Shown here one piece after another: positions 29,472 through 39,769 of a stretch of DNA of 64,000 nucleotides. The stretch is taken from assembly GCA_965198115.1 (NCBI GenBank), contig OZ240241.1, forward strand, positions 3,200,001-3,264,000, in the 5' to 3' direction. Position numbers and translations under genes: made by a program. This stretch comes from Candidatus Latescibacterota bacterium. Its GTDB lineage: Bacteria; Latescibacterota; UBA2968. Position 1 is the stretch's first letter, and each line of letters starts with the position of its first letter. The notes beneath the pieces were generated by a model. The model did no database searches. It was not told where the DNA came from and saw only the letters and a list, made by a program, of their open reading frames with translations.

Positions 29472-31547
29472 ATGTCAGCCGTCGTCGCCGACACCCACTT
29501 TTTGCAGAAGCACGCCCGCTCCTGGACCCTGCCTGGCGGTCGTCACCCCAACGACATCCGCACCTTGGCTCGAACCTCCGATGGGGCCATCTGGGTCAGA
29601 ACGGCCGATGGGCTCTTCGCCTTCGACGACGGTGAATTCGACGCCGATGCAGACGTACCCTGCCGCGACATCAAGCGGCTCCGCGTCGAAGACCGAACCC
29701 TCCTGGCGTGCACCGCTCTCACCCTCAGCACCCGATCCGCGGGCCACGCGTGGGAGAACCTCATCGAAGAGACGTGGGACGCGGGTGCCGTCGTCGACGT
29801 GCTACCGGGCACACCGCCGTGCGTCCTCCTGACCGAAGCCGGCATCGGAACAGTCACGGACGGGACGTTCACTCGTGTCGTCGGCCTCTACGACTCTGAC
29901 GCGAACGACTACTGCATCGCCCGCCACGGCGACCACATCTGGATTGGCGGCCATCGCGGCCTCCGCGTCATCGGACCGGACGGCGCGACCGTCGCCCATC
30001 TCCTGGCCAACCTCCAACTCCGAGATATCGCTTTTGTCGACGGCGAAGCCGTCATCGCAACCTCGAGCCTCCTTTACCGCGTCTCCATCTCCTCGTACGA
30101 GATCTCCGCGATGGGGTCGCCTGTCGCCGACTTCCACGCCGTCGCTGCCGCCGGCGACTGGCTCTGGGCAGGATCGTCGCAGGGTCTGTGCGGATGGGAC
30201 GGCGATCGCTGGCACTACCTCGCCGGCTCGCGCTGGCTGCCCTCGAACGACGTTCGCACCGTCCTCTGCGTCGACGACACCGTCTACGCCGGCACGGGCA
30301 ACGGCCTCGCCCAAATCCGGCTCGAACCGACCACCCTCGAGCGCAAGGCCGTCGACTTCGGCACGCGCATCCGCGACCGCCACCTCCGGCTGAAGGGCTA
30401 CGTCACCTCATCACGTCTCGAGGTCCCCGGCGATCTCACCACGAGCCGCCCAGCTCCGTCCGACAACGACGGTCTCTGGACTGCGCTCTACCTCGCCGCC
30501 CAGTCCTACCGGTTCGCGGTAACCGAAGAACCCGAGGCACGCCAGTTCGCCGATCAGGCCTTCGACGCCCTAGCCTGGCTCGAAGCGGTCACGACCGTCG
30601 ACGGCTTCCCCACGAAGGCCGTCGTGTCACGCGACGAGGACACCGGCTCCGACCCCGTCACCTGGTATCCGAGCGAGGACGGCCAGTGGCTGTGGAAGGG
30701 CGATTGCAGCTCGGATGAAATCGACGGTCACTTCTACGGATATTCGATCTACCACGACCTCGCCGCCACCGAGGAGAAACGCGACGAAATCCGCGCCCTC
30801 GTCAACCGCATAATGGGTCACATCCTCGACAACGGTTACCTCCTCGTCTGCGCCGACGGCGAACGCACCCGCTGGGGCGTGTGGGCACCCGACTACCTGA
30901 ACGGTCACTGGCGTGCGCAAAGGGGCCTCAACTCGCTCGAGATTCTGTCCGCGCTCCGCACGGCTGAACACATCACCGGCAACAACCGCTACAGCGACGC
31001 CTACCGCGACCTGGTCGAAAACCACGGCTACGCCGAAAACGCCCGTCGGACCAAAATCACGACACCCGGCCACGTCAACCACTCGGACGACGAACTCGCC
31101 TTCATCTCCTACTACCCACTCCTCAAATACGAGACCGACAGCGGGCTCCGCGACCTCTACCTCGAAAGTCTGCGTCACGCGTGGGAGATCGAACGCCCCG
31201 AACGCAATCCGTGGTGGAACTTCATCTACAGCGCACTCACAGGATCGCAGACCGACATCGAGGAGGGGGCACGGACCCTTCGCGAAATCCCGTACGACCT
31301 CCTCAACTGGTCTGTCCACAACAGTCACCGCCGCGATGTCACGATCGACGCGCATCGGGGTCGCAAAGGCGAGGTGCAGTCCACCTCGGTCCTGCCTTAC
31401 GACGAACTACCGATGTCGAAGTGGAACGGAAACCCGTATTCTCTGGATGCGGCCACGAACGGCAACAGCGAGGACGACGGGACCTATTACATCCTGCCGT
31501 ATTGGATGGGAAGATACTACGGGTACATAGAAGCGAGTGAGAAGTAG
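29472..31547 (+). CDS. Hypothetical protein: N-terminal beta-propeller-like repeats + helical glycosidase-like domain
   Basis: Repeats IWIG/WLWAG/WLPSNDVR; C-terminal SDNDGLWT, SSDEIDGH, NHSDDELAF, YILPYWMGRYYG. Confidence 0.75.
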   Translation: MSAVVADTHFLQKHARSWTLPGGRHPNDIRTLARTSDGAIWVRTADGLFAFDDGEFDADADVPCRDIKRLRVEDRTLLACTALTLSTRSAGHAWENLIEETWDAGAVVDVLPGTPPCVLLTEAGIGTVTDGTFTRVVGLYDSDANDYCIARHGDHIWIGGHRGLRVIGPDGATVAHLLANLQLRDIAFVDGEAVIATSSLLYRVSISSYEISAMGSPVADFHAVAAAGDWLWAGSSQGLCGWDGDRWHYLAGSRWLPSNDVRTVLCVDDTVYAGTGNGLAQIRLEPTTLERKAVDFGTRIRDRHLRLKGYVTSSRLEVPGDLTTSRPAPSDNDGLWTALYLAAQSYRFAVTEEPEARQFADQAFDALAWLEAVTTVDGFPTKAVVSRDEDTGSDPVTWYPSEDGQWLWKGDCSSDEIDGHFYGYSIYHDLAATEEKRDEIRALVNRIMGHILDNGYLLVCADGERTRWGVWAPDYLNGHWRAQRGLNSLEILSALRTAEHITGNNRYSDAYRDLVENHGYAENARRTKITTPGHVNHSDDELAFISYYPLLKYETDSGLRDLYLESLRHAWEIERPERNPWWNFIYSALTGSQTDIEEGARTLREIPYDLLNWSVHNSHRRDVTIDAHRGRKGEVQSTSVLPYDELPMSKWNGNPYSLDAATNGNSEDDGTYYILPYWMGRYYGYIEASEK

Positions 31548-31602
31548 CGAATGATGACTTCAGAATGTTGAAGGCCATTCATCATTCGGAACTCGGTATT
31601 CG

Positions 31603-32052
31603 CTACTCGGTACTCGCCCTTCTTGTGAGCCGCAGCACGCAAGCAATCGCGCACACCACGAGCGAGGCGACGATGACCCACATCGGCGTGCGGGCGGCTT
31701 CCGCCAGGTCCGGCAGCCAGCGCAGGAACAACCCACACCCGGCGATGGCGAGCAGTTGCCAAACGCTCACGGTCAGAAACCGCCTGGCAAGTGCTCCTTT
31801 CTCAACGCCCTTTCGGTAATACGCCTCGGAGAGGATGATGATCGCCAGACCGCAGACTCCGAACAGGAAAAACCCGATCTTGTCGGCCAGCGCCGCCACC
31901 GGGGCGGTCGCGCCCACGAGAGCGATCGCAGCCAGTCCGACCTCGCGCAGCATGACGAGGTTCACGAAACCGAGCACCATCGTCACACACCACAGCAGGA
32001 GAGCGCCCGCCTTCGCTCGACGGGACGCATCCGCCTGAACTGTCTCACCCAT
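31603..32052 (-). CDS. Hypothetical membrane protein (about 4 TM)
   Basis: Four hydrophobic segments. Confidence 0.65.
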   Translation of the reverse strand: MGETVQADASRRAKAGALLLWCVTMVLGFVNLVMLREVGLAAIALVGATAPVAALADKIGFFLFGVCGLAIIILSEAYYRKGVEKGALARRFLTVSVWQLLAIAGCGLFLRWLPDLAEAARTPMWVIVASLVVCAIACVLRLTRRASTE

Positions 32053-32066
32053 TCGGGAGCCCCTCA

Positions 32067-33275
32067 GTGACAAGCACGAGTCTCTTCGGATCGGTCGTCA
32101 TCACACTCTTCGTTGCAGCCTCATCGGCTGGCGCAATCGAGCCTCCTCGTCCGCCAAAGCACGAATTCTCATTCGTCGTCCTCGGCGACAGTCAGTTCGA
32201 GCACCCCAACGCCTTCAACCGAATCATCGACGAGGTGGTTCGACTCTATCCGTCGTTCGTCATTCAGGTCGGAGATATGATTCACTTCCCTGCGGACGAG
32301 GGAGTAGCTCGAGCGAAATGGACACGATACAAAGCGCAAATCGCTCCACTCGAGGAAATCCCGTTCTATCCCGTCCCCGGCAACCACGACGTCACCGATT
32401 CCACCCGGGGCGTCGGAGGAGAACCGATCTATCGCGAGATCTGGGGAGCCACCTACTACTCGTTCGACTATCGCAACGCCCATTTCATCATACTGAACAC
32501 CGACGAAGGCGGCGCACAAGACATCACCGGAGACCAGCGGACGTGGCTGCTCAAGGATCTTCGAAAGGCACGTGGCAAGGATCACATCTTCGTCTTCTTC
32601 CATCGCCCCATCTACACGCTCGCCAGCGAGAAGGCACTCCACGGTATCTTCGTCGAGCACAACGTCCGAGCGGTCTTCTACGGCCACCATCACCACTTGA
32701 ATTTCCACGAGCGAGACGGCATCCCCTACTATATGACCACGGCGTCCACCGAAGCGGAAAACCCCTATGGGGAAGTTTCCGGGGTCTTCCACCATCAGCT
32801 ACTCGTCACCGTTCGAAATGATGACTTCCGAGTCGCCGTCATCAAAGCCAACAGCGTGTTGCCGCCCGACATCGTGTCCGTCGACGACAACTCCGACTTA
32901 TACCGGCTCCATCACGGATTTTTCAGCAAACGAGAAGCCCCCTTCGGCGACCTTACGAAAAGCGACGACGGATACACCATCACGCTGCTCACGAATAACC
33001 CCACCAGCCAGGACCTCGTCGCCTTCCTCGAATGGGAACTGCCCAACGCTCGATGGGGTGTCGCAGACAGCCGGGGAGTCAGAGTCGACCTCCCCTCTGG
33101 TACCCGGAATCATCCCGTGACCTTCAAACTGACGAGAAGGTATCCGTCGCCCCCTGAAGCATACCCGACCTGCGTCGCAAGATCCATCTATCTCACGCAC
33201 GACGGCGACGTCGTCCAAACCGAACACACGTTTCGCATCGTGGAGTCGCACCAAGCAGATGACGATGGGCCGTAA
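32067..33275 (+). CDS. Secreted metallophosphoesterase
   Basis: Signal peptide; GDSQ, VGD, PGNHD, HRP, GHHH. Confidence 0.85.
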   Translation: MTSTSLFGSVVITLFVAASSAGAIEPPRPPKHEFSFVVLGDSQFEHPNAFNRIIDEVVRLYPSFVIQVGDMIHFPADEGVARAKWTRYKAQIAPLEEIPFYPVPGNHDVTDSTRGVGGEPIYREIWGATYYSFDYRNAHFIILNTDEGGAQDITGDQRTWLLKDLRKARGKDHIFVFFHRPIYTLASEKALHGIFVEHNVRAVFYGHHHHLNFHERDGIPYYMTTASTEAENPYGEVSGVFHHQLLVTVRNDDFRVAVIKANSVLPPDIVSVDDNSDLYRLHHGFFSKREAPFGDLTKSDDGYTITLLTNNPTSQDLVAFLEWELPNARWGVADSRGVRVDLPSGTRNHPVTFKLTRRYPSPPEAYPTCVARSIYLTHDGDVVQTEHTFRIVESHQADDDGP

Positions 33276-33358
33276 TCATTCTCCCAGGCGATGGTCATCC
33301 TCATCAGACTTTGAAACTCTGTGTCCTCAATGAACTCAGTGGCGCTTCTACCCAATAG

Positions 33359-34144
33359 ATGTCCGATACCCTAAACCGCATCCGCATCGTCCTCGTCGAG
33401 CCCAACCAACCGGGCAACATCGGGTCCGTCGCCCGGGCGATGAAGAACGCCGGTCTCACGCGGCTCTACCTCGTCAGGTCCGTCGATCACACCTGCGGGG
33501 ACGCACGCAAGATGGCCCACGGCTCCGGCGAGATTCTCTACGGCGCCACCGTCACCGACACCCTCGATGAAGCCCTGGCCGGCACGATCCTCACCGTCGG
33601 GACATCCGCACGGACACGGAAAGATTTTGACGTGCTCTACGGTCCGACTGCCGTCGCGAAGCGCCTCGCCTCCATCCCTCCGGACGGAGAAGGCGCGCTC
33701 GTGTTCGGACGCGAGAAGCACGGCCTGACAAACGACGAGCTGGAAAGGTGCCAGGTCGTCTGCCGAATCCCGTCCGCCCACGCCTATCCGTCGCTCAACC
33801 TTTCCCAGGCCGTCCTGATAATGGGCTACGAGCTCTACAGAGCGGCGCTCGATCTGGACGAGCAACCAGACCTCCAGCTTGCTCCGCACGAACAAATCGA
33901 GGCGATGTACGAGCACGTGGCGCGCGGCCTCGATATGCTCGGTTTCAGCTCTCATCACCGGCCGGAGACCTTTATGCGATCCATCCGTCGTCTCTTCGGC
34001 CGGATCCAGCTGGAGAAGCGTGACGTCTCCACGCTCCACCGCATCTTCCGGCACATCGACCGGTTCGTCGCTCGCCACGACCTGGACGTCGAAAGGGACG
34101 GGCCGATGTCGCGTGCCAACCGAGCGGCCGACGAGCAGGAATAG
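33359..34144 (+). CDS. trmJ: TrmJ/LasT-family SPOUT RNA methyltransferase
   Basis: PGNIGSVARAMKN, VFGREKHGLTNDEL, YPSLNLSQAV. Confidence 0.85.
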   Translation: MSDTLNRIRIVLVEPNQPGNIGSVARAMKNAGLTRLYLVRSVDHTCGDARKMAHGSGEILYGATVTDTLDEALAGTILTVGTSARTRKDFDVLYGPTAVAKRLASIPPDGEGALVFGREKHGLTNDELERCQVVCRIPSAHAYPSLNLSQAVLIMGYELYRAALDLDEQPDLQLAPHEQIEAMYEHVARGLDMLGFSSHHRPETFMRSIRRLFGRIQLEKRDVSTLHRIFRHIDRFVARHDLDVERDGPMSRANRAADEQE

Positions 34145-34198
34145 AAATGGCCGGCCCCAAATGACGGGACCGGCCTTCAGATTTCGATGTCGCGATCT

Positions 34199-34711
34199 CT
34201 ACGCGGCTGAACCGGGTTTACGCATTTCCACACCGGCTCGATCGAGCAGCACCATTACCTTTCCGGGGTGCAATTCTCTATCGGCGGCGATCTCGTCGAC
34301 GGTCTTGCCGTCTTCGAGGTAAGCTTTGGCGATCTCGGCCTCCGTCACGCCCTGCTGATAGCCCTTCGTGCCATAAACACCCTCGTGCTTGGTGACCTCG
34401 ATGTCGTCTTCGACCGAAACCTGGCACGACAGGCGTAGATTCCCCTTCAACTGAATGAACCGGAATTTCTCAATCGCGCCTTTCGACGTTACCGCGCCCG
34501 GAGGACGCACTTCGACCGTGCAGGTCCCGCAGAGCCCATTTCCCTGGCAGTTCAGAAACTTCGAGATCCCGTTATAGAGATCGATGTCGTTCTCGATCGC
34601 GAGCGCCCGCAGATTCGTGTGTGGAGCACACTCGATCGTCTTGCCTTCGTTCGTGAAGGTCACCTTACACGTCGTTTTCTTAGGCGCCAATCTGTCTACC
34701 ACCGTCGGCAT
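34199..34711 (-). CDS. 2Fe-2S ferredoxin with C-terminal HTH-like domain
   Basis: NCQGNGLCGTC...RLSCQ; tail YLEDGKTVDEIA...LLDRAGVEMR. Confidence 0.85.
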   Translation of the reverse strand: MPTVVDRLAPKKTTCKVTFTNEGKTIECAPHTNLRALAIENDIDLYNGISKFLNCQGNGLCGTCTVEVRPPGAVTSKGAIEKFRFIQLKGNLRLSCQVSVEDDIEVTKHEGVYGTKGYQQGVTEAEIAKAYLEDGKTVDEIAADRELHPGKVMVLLDRAGVEMRKPGSAA

Positions 34712-34862
34712 TTCTGCCCTCCCTCATCGGTCCCCCGTGCAGCCACGGGCCTTGCTCGCGAACGCCAAAAGGTAATTCGAGAGTGGATCATAGACAAGAA
34801 AAAAACAGCCATTTAGACGCGTGAACCCGCGTTGACAAGCCCTACCACCGAATCTATACTTA

Positions 34863-36124
34863 GTACTCCTGTTCGCAAATACGGTGACGTATTCTAAGCA
34901 GACTTTGCCAAGGGCGTATCGTAGAACCTGAGTTTGTCGATCATCTCCGCGAGATCTGTTCGTGTGAACTTCCATTTGAAGGGTGTGGCGATACGTCCGT
35001 AGCGTTCCTGAAAACCGAGGATTCTTGCCTCAAGCTCTTCGAGCGATGCAAATTCGATAGGTGTCAGAGCCTTGCGTTTGAGGATCGAGAAGTAGATCTC
35101 GATCTGATTGAGCCAGCTTGCGTGGATCGGAAGGTGAACGGGGTGGATGTTTGGCCACTTCCCCTGGATACGGTCGATGCATGTTTGCCCTCGGTGCGAG
35201 GAGCCATTATCCACGATGAGGTAGACTTTCTTTGCCGAGCAATAGGGTTTCCGGCTCATGATCAGGCTCAGGAGCCGGTTGAAGGGCTCGATACCCGAAG
35301 AAGACTCACAGAGACCGAAGATTCGACCATTGTGCACGTCGAGAGCAGCCAGATAGGCCAGGGCTCCTTTCCGCTCGTATTCGTGTTTCAACGCGTGCCG
35401 CTCTGTTCGAGGCTGGCGGTAGGGTAACGTGCTTGCGAGCTCGTGCTTGAATACTGGTCTTTTCGTCGGCAGAAAGTACATATTCCCTCGGCCCTAAAGG
35501 CTTTCCTTGCCATTGGCGGTGATACAGATCAAGGACTCTACCTGCTTTGGTTTGGAAGTCCGGGTCCCGTGGGAAAATCCAGGAGCGATGATACCAAGGA
35601 CGAATCGCGTCCTCGTTCAACCAGCGCCAGACAGTGGCGCCGCTGATCTTGGCAACGAAGCCCCTTTGCACTGCCTCGGCGGCAATCTCGGAACAGCTGA
35701 ACCGCGAGAGCGGTATCCCGCTCTCGCTCGGTAGTTCACACGCCAGCGCCTTGATCTGAACGACCACCTGAGGGGGGAAAACCGGGCGGGCGCCCGGGAC
35801 GAGATCTATCTTCGAGTCCCGAAAGACGCTCTTCGAAAAAGCGCTTACGCCATTTGCTTACGATCGGACGCGGGACATCCAACCGTTGGGCGATAATCTT
35901 GTTGGATAATCCCTCGGCGGCGAGAAGCACGATTTTCGATCGGATCACTTGATAATACGATAACGTATATTGTCCAGCCATTCGCTCGAGGTCGACCCGT
36001 TCCTTCTCAGACAGTAGCACCACATAAGGCGAACGTCTTGGCATTGTTCTCCTCCTTTTGAAGGAGAACATAAGCTACAAATAATGTTCAGGACATACGT
36101 AATAATATTTATGAACCCATGCAC
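34863..36124 (-). mobile_element. IS630-like IS copy A (1262 bp)
   Basis: Ends GTGCATGGGTTCAT / GCGAACAGGAGTAC; TTA on both sides; near-identical to copies B and C. Confidence 0.9.
34894..36044 (-). CDS. IS630 transposase split over three frames
   Basis: HTH ORF, then SADEKT ORF, then IVDN...ASWLNQIE ORF. Confidence 0.75.
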
Positions 36125-36727
36125 TTAGCGACATCCGGATCGACGAATGCCCTTGTTATGACTAGGTTTTCTTCTTAGGGCCTTCTTGAGCAGCTGAAAA
36201 TTCGACAGTAGCTCATTGTATTCGGACCGAATTGACCATTCGTCGAGGGAAGTCGTCTTATTGGACCCTCCAACTGGCGCGGGATCAAGCGCCTTTCCGA
36301 CTTCGCGAAGCCACGCTGAGTAGATCCTGCGCTGCGGCCCTTGTCGTGGTAGCTCGCGTGCCATTGTCACCAGTATCCGAGACTTGCTTGTATGGGGAGG
36401 CAGCACAACCACTCTGGACCGCCTCTCGATAGGAGTCCAGTAACGATCGCACAGGGAAGTGGTGCCACAAGATTCATTTCCAGCGAGTCAGCGTCGAATT
36501 TCTTCTCCGTGTAGTTGTCGATCGCCTCCCGAAAACACCCATCATCTCGATTTCGCGCGATCGCCGCATCCACGCTTTCCCAATCAAAGGCTCGCCCCTC
36601 AATGAGGTCTTCGGCCAGCCGGTAATCGTCATTGGGCGAAGCCTTGCTCGACAAAGGGGTCGTGTCGTCCCTTGTATCAAGGGCTTCCACCTTTGGTGAC
36701 TCACGGTCTTTTCCTGGGCCGGGCTCA

Positions 36728-37989
36728 TTGCATGGTTTCATAAACATTATTACGTATGTCCTGAACATTATTTGTAGCTTATGTTCTCCTTCAAAAGGAG
36801 GAGAACAATGCCAAGACGTTCGCCTTATGTGGTGCTACTGTCTGAGAAGGAACGGGTCGACCTCGAGCGAATGGCTGGACAATATACGTTATCGTATTAT
36901 AAAGTGATCCGATCGAAAATCGTGCTTCTCGCCGCCGAGGGATTATCCAACAAGATTATCGCCCAACGGTTGGATGTCCCGCGTCCGATCGTAAGCAAAT
37001 GGCGTAAGCGCTTTTTCGAAGAGCGTCTTTCGGGACTCGAAGATAGATCTCGTCCCGGGCGCCCGCCCGGTTTTCCCCCCTCAGGTGGTCGTTCAGATCA
37101 AGGCGCTGGCGTGTGAACTACCGAGCGAGAGCGGGATACCGCTCTCGCGGTTCAGCTGTTCCGAGATTGCCGCCGAGGCAGTGCAAAGGGGCTTCGTTGC
37201 CAAGATCAGCGGCGCCACTGTCTGGCGCTGGTTGAACGAGGACGCGATTCGTCCTTGGTATCATCGCTCCTGGATTTTCCCACGGGACCCGGACTTCCAA
37301 ACCAAAGCAGGTAGAGTCCTTGATCTGTATCACCGCCAATGGCAAGGAAAGCCTTTAGGGCCGAGGGAATATGTACTTTCTGCCGACGAAAAGACCAGTA
37401 TTCAAGCACGAGCTCGCAAGCACGTTACCCTACCGCCAGCCTCGAACAGAGCGGCACGCGTTGAAACACGAATACGAGCGGAAAGGAGCCCTGGCCTATC
37501 TGGCTGCTCTCGACGTGCACAATGGTCGAATCTTCGGTCTCTGTGAGTCTTCTTCGGGTATCGAGCCCTTCAACCGGCTCCTGAGCCTGATCATGAGCCG
37601 GAAACCCTATTGCTCGGCAAAGAAAGTCTACCTCATCGTGGATAATGGCTCCTCGCACCGAGGGCAAACATGCATCGACCGTATCCAGGGGAAGTGGCCA
37701 AACATCCACCCCGTTCACCTTCCGATCCACGCAAGCTGGCTCAATCAGATCGAGATCTACTTCTCGATCCTCAAACGCAAGGCTCTGACACCTATCGAAT
37801 TTGCATCGCTCGAAGAGCTTGAGGCAAGAATCCTCGGTTTTCAGGAACGCTACGGACGTATCGCCACACCCTTCAAATGGAAGTTCACACGAACAGATCT
37901 CGCGGAGATGATCGACAAACTCAGGTTCTACGATACGCCCTTGGCAAAGTCTGCTTAGAATACGTCACCGTATTTGCGAACAGGAGTAC
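36728..37989 (+). mobile_element. IS630-like IS copy B, inverted relative to copy A
   Basis: 1262 bp; left end has 3 mismatches and no TWA flank; right flank TAA. Confidence 0.9.
36808..37958 (+). CDS. IS630 transposase split over three frames
   Basis: AGGAGG RBS; frame changes at TTTTCCCCCC 37071-37080 and GAAA 37463-37466. Confidence 0.75.
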
Positions 37990-38028
37990 TAAGCCAGCTT
38001 TTTCCCAGCCTTCCAAACCGGAGCATCT

Positions 38029-39531
38029 ATGTTCGGGCTTCACCCAGCAGATGTCGTCACCCTGAGCGTCTACCTCGTCGGGATCGTCATAGCCGGGCTG
38101 TGGGCCGCCCGCAAAGTCAAGGGAATGGCCGACTACTTTATGGGCGGGCGCTCGTTTGGCAAGGCGTTCATGATTATGCATTCCTTCGGCACGGGTACCC
38201 ACACCGATCAGGCCGTATCCGTCGCGGGCGCCAGCTACAAGCTGGGCCTCGGAGGCATCTGGTATCAGTGGCTTTACCTCTTCGCGACTCCGTTCTACTG
38301 GATCATCGCCCCGATCTTTCGGCGGCTCCGATGCATCACGGCCGCCGACTACTTCGCCGACCGATTCAGCCCGTCCCTCGAGTTTCTCTATACACTCTGG
38401 GGACTCTTCTATTTCGCGCTTCAGATCGGAACGATGTTGCTCGGGACGGGGAAAACCGCCTCGGCCATCACAGGCGGCGGCATCACCGAGTGGCAGGCCA
38501 TTTGGGTGATGACGATGCTCTTCCTGTCCTACGGGCTCCTCGGCGGACTTCCGGCGGCGATCGTCACCGATTTCATCCAGGGCATCTTCATCATTGTCCT
38601 CTCGTTCCTGCTCGTGCCCTTTGTCCTGAACCAGGTGGGCGGGTTCAGCGGGCTTCACGAGAAGGTTCCGGCCGAGATGTTCAGCCTGATCGCTCCCGGG
38701 GACCCTCCCGAAGGCTATGACCGCATCACACCCTTCTTCATCCTGATGATCGTCATCAACGCGCTGGTCGGGATCGTGGCGCAACCGCACGTCCTCGAGG
38801 GCACGGCAGCGGGAAAGACCGAACTCGAAGGCCGTGTCGGGTTCACCTACGGCAATATGATCAAACGTCTGTGCACGGTCGCCTGGTCCTTCACCGGCAT
38901 CGCTTGTGTCGCGATGTATCCCGGTCTCGTTGACCCCGAACACGCCTTTGGAATGGCTTCACGCGATCTGCTGCCCATTGGCCTGATCGGAATTATGCTC
39001 GCCTCGATGATCGCTGCCGTGATGTCGACGTGCGACTCGTTTATGGTGGACGGCGCCGCCCTGTTCGTCGAGAATTTCTACAAGCGTCACCTGAAGCCCG
39101 AAGAGTCCGAAAGTCATTACCTCAACATCGGTCGGATCGTATCGCTTGTCATCGTCGGAGGTGGGTTGTTCGTTGCCGACCAGTTCGTGTCGGTCGTCGA
39201 GATTATTCGATTCAGCTGGTCTTTCGTCGCTTTCTTCGGCATCGCATTCTGGGCAGGCATCGTCTGGCGCCGCTGCAACAGCCTGGGAGCCTGGGCGGGC
39301 ATCATCGTCTCCGGCCTGCTCTGGTATGTATCCGACTCCGTCTGGGAGTGGGAACTCCCCAGCCAGTATCTGCTCTACACGATTGGCGGCTTCGCCTCAC
39401 TCATCATCGTCAGCAAAATGACGCCACCGCTCCCCGAGGAAAAGCTCGATCGCTTCTACACCATCCTTCACACGCCCGTCGGCCAGGAACACAAGCTGAG
39501 AGAAGCCGGCATCACGGTCGTCCTCGAATAG
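38029..39531 (+). CDS. Sodium:solute symporter (SSS family)
   Basis: DYFMGGRSFG, TDFIQG, AAVMSTCDS; many TM segments. Confidence 0.9.
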   Translation: MFGLHPADVVTLSVYLVGIVIAGLWAARKVKGMADYFMGGRSFGKAFMIMHSFGTGTHTDQAVSVAGASYKLGLGGIWYQWLYLFATPFYWIIAPIFRRLRCITAADYFADRFSPSLEFLYTLWGLFYFALQIGTMLLGTGKTASAITGGGITEWQAIWVMTMLFLSYGLLGGLPAAIVTDFIQGIFIIVLSFLLVPFVLNQVGGFSGLHEKVPAEMFSLIAPGDPPEGYDRITPFFILMIVINALVGIVAQPHVLEGTAAGKTELEGRVGFTYGNMIKRLCTVAWSFTGIACVAMYPGLVDPEHAFGMASRDLLPIGLIGIMLASMIAAVMSTCDSFMVDGAALFVENFYKRHLKPEESESHYLNIGRIVSLVIVGGGLFVADQFVSVVEIIRFSWSFVAFFGIAFWAGIVWRRCNSLGAWAGIIVSGLLWYVSDSVWEWELPSQYLLYTIGGFASLIIVSKMTPPLPEEKLDRFYTILHTPVGQEHKLREAGITVVLE

Positions 39532-39544
39532 AAGGGAATCACGA

Positions 39545-39664
39545 ATGTTCGACCTCGAAATCAGAAAACCGAACAGACAGACCGTCGTCGGATTCATCGT
39601 CGCCTGGGTCTGTGTCATCGCCATTATGCTGATGACGATGCTCATCGCCCGGATTGGCGCGTAG
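39545..39664 (+). CDS. 39-aa single-TM protein, possible symporter accessory subunit
   Basis: MFDLEIRKPNRQTVVGFIVAWVCVIAIMLMTMLIARIGA; purine-rich RBS, 13 bp after the symporter stop. Confidence 0.6.
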   Translation: MFDLEIRKPNRQTVVGFIVAWVCVIAIMLMTMLIARIGA

Positions 39665-39769
39665 ACATCGAGTATTGAGGATCGAGCATCGAGAATGTTC
39701 ACGTGGCATTATGCCATAAGGGTGAAGCCGTCTCTCCACTCTGGTCAATTTGTCAATAGTCACTGGTCA

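Noticed and set aside
36125-36768. ORFs of 133, 95 and 84 aa between the IS630 copies as genes
   Set aside because: They overlap in different frames, one starts inside the IS end, and none has a recognisable motif
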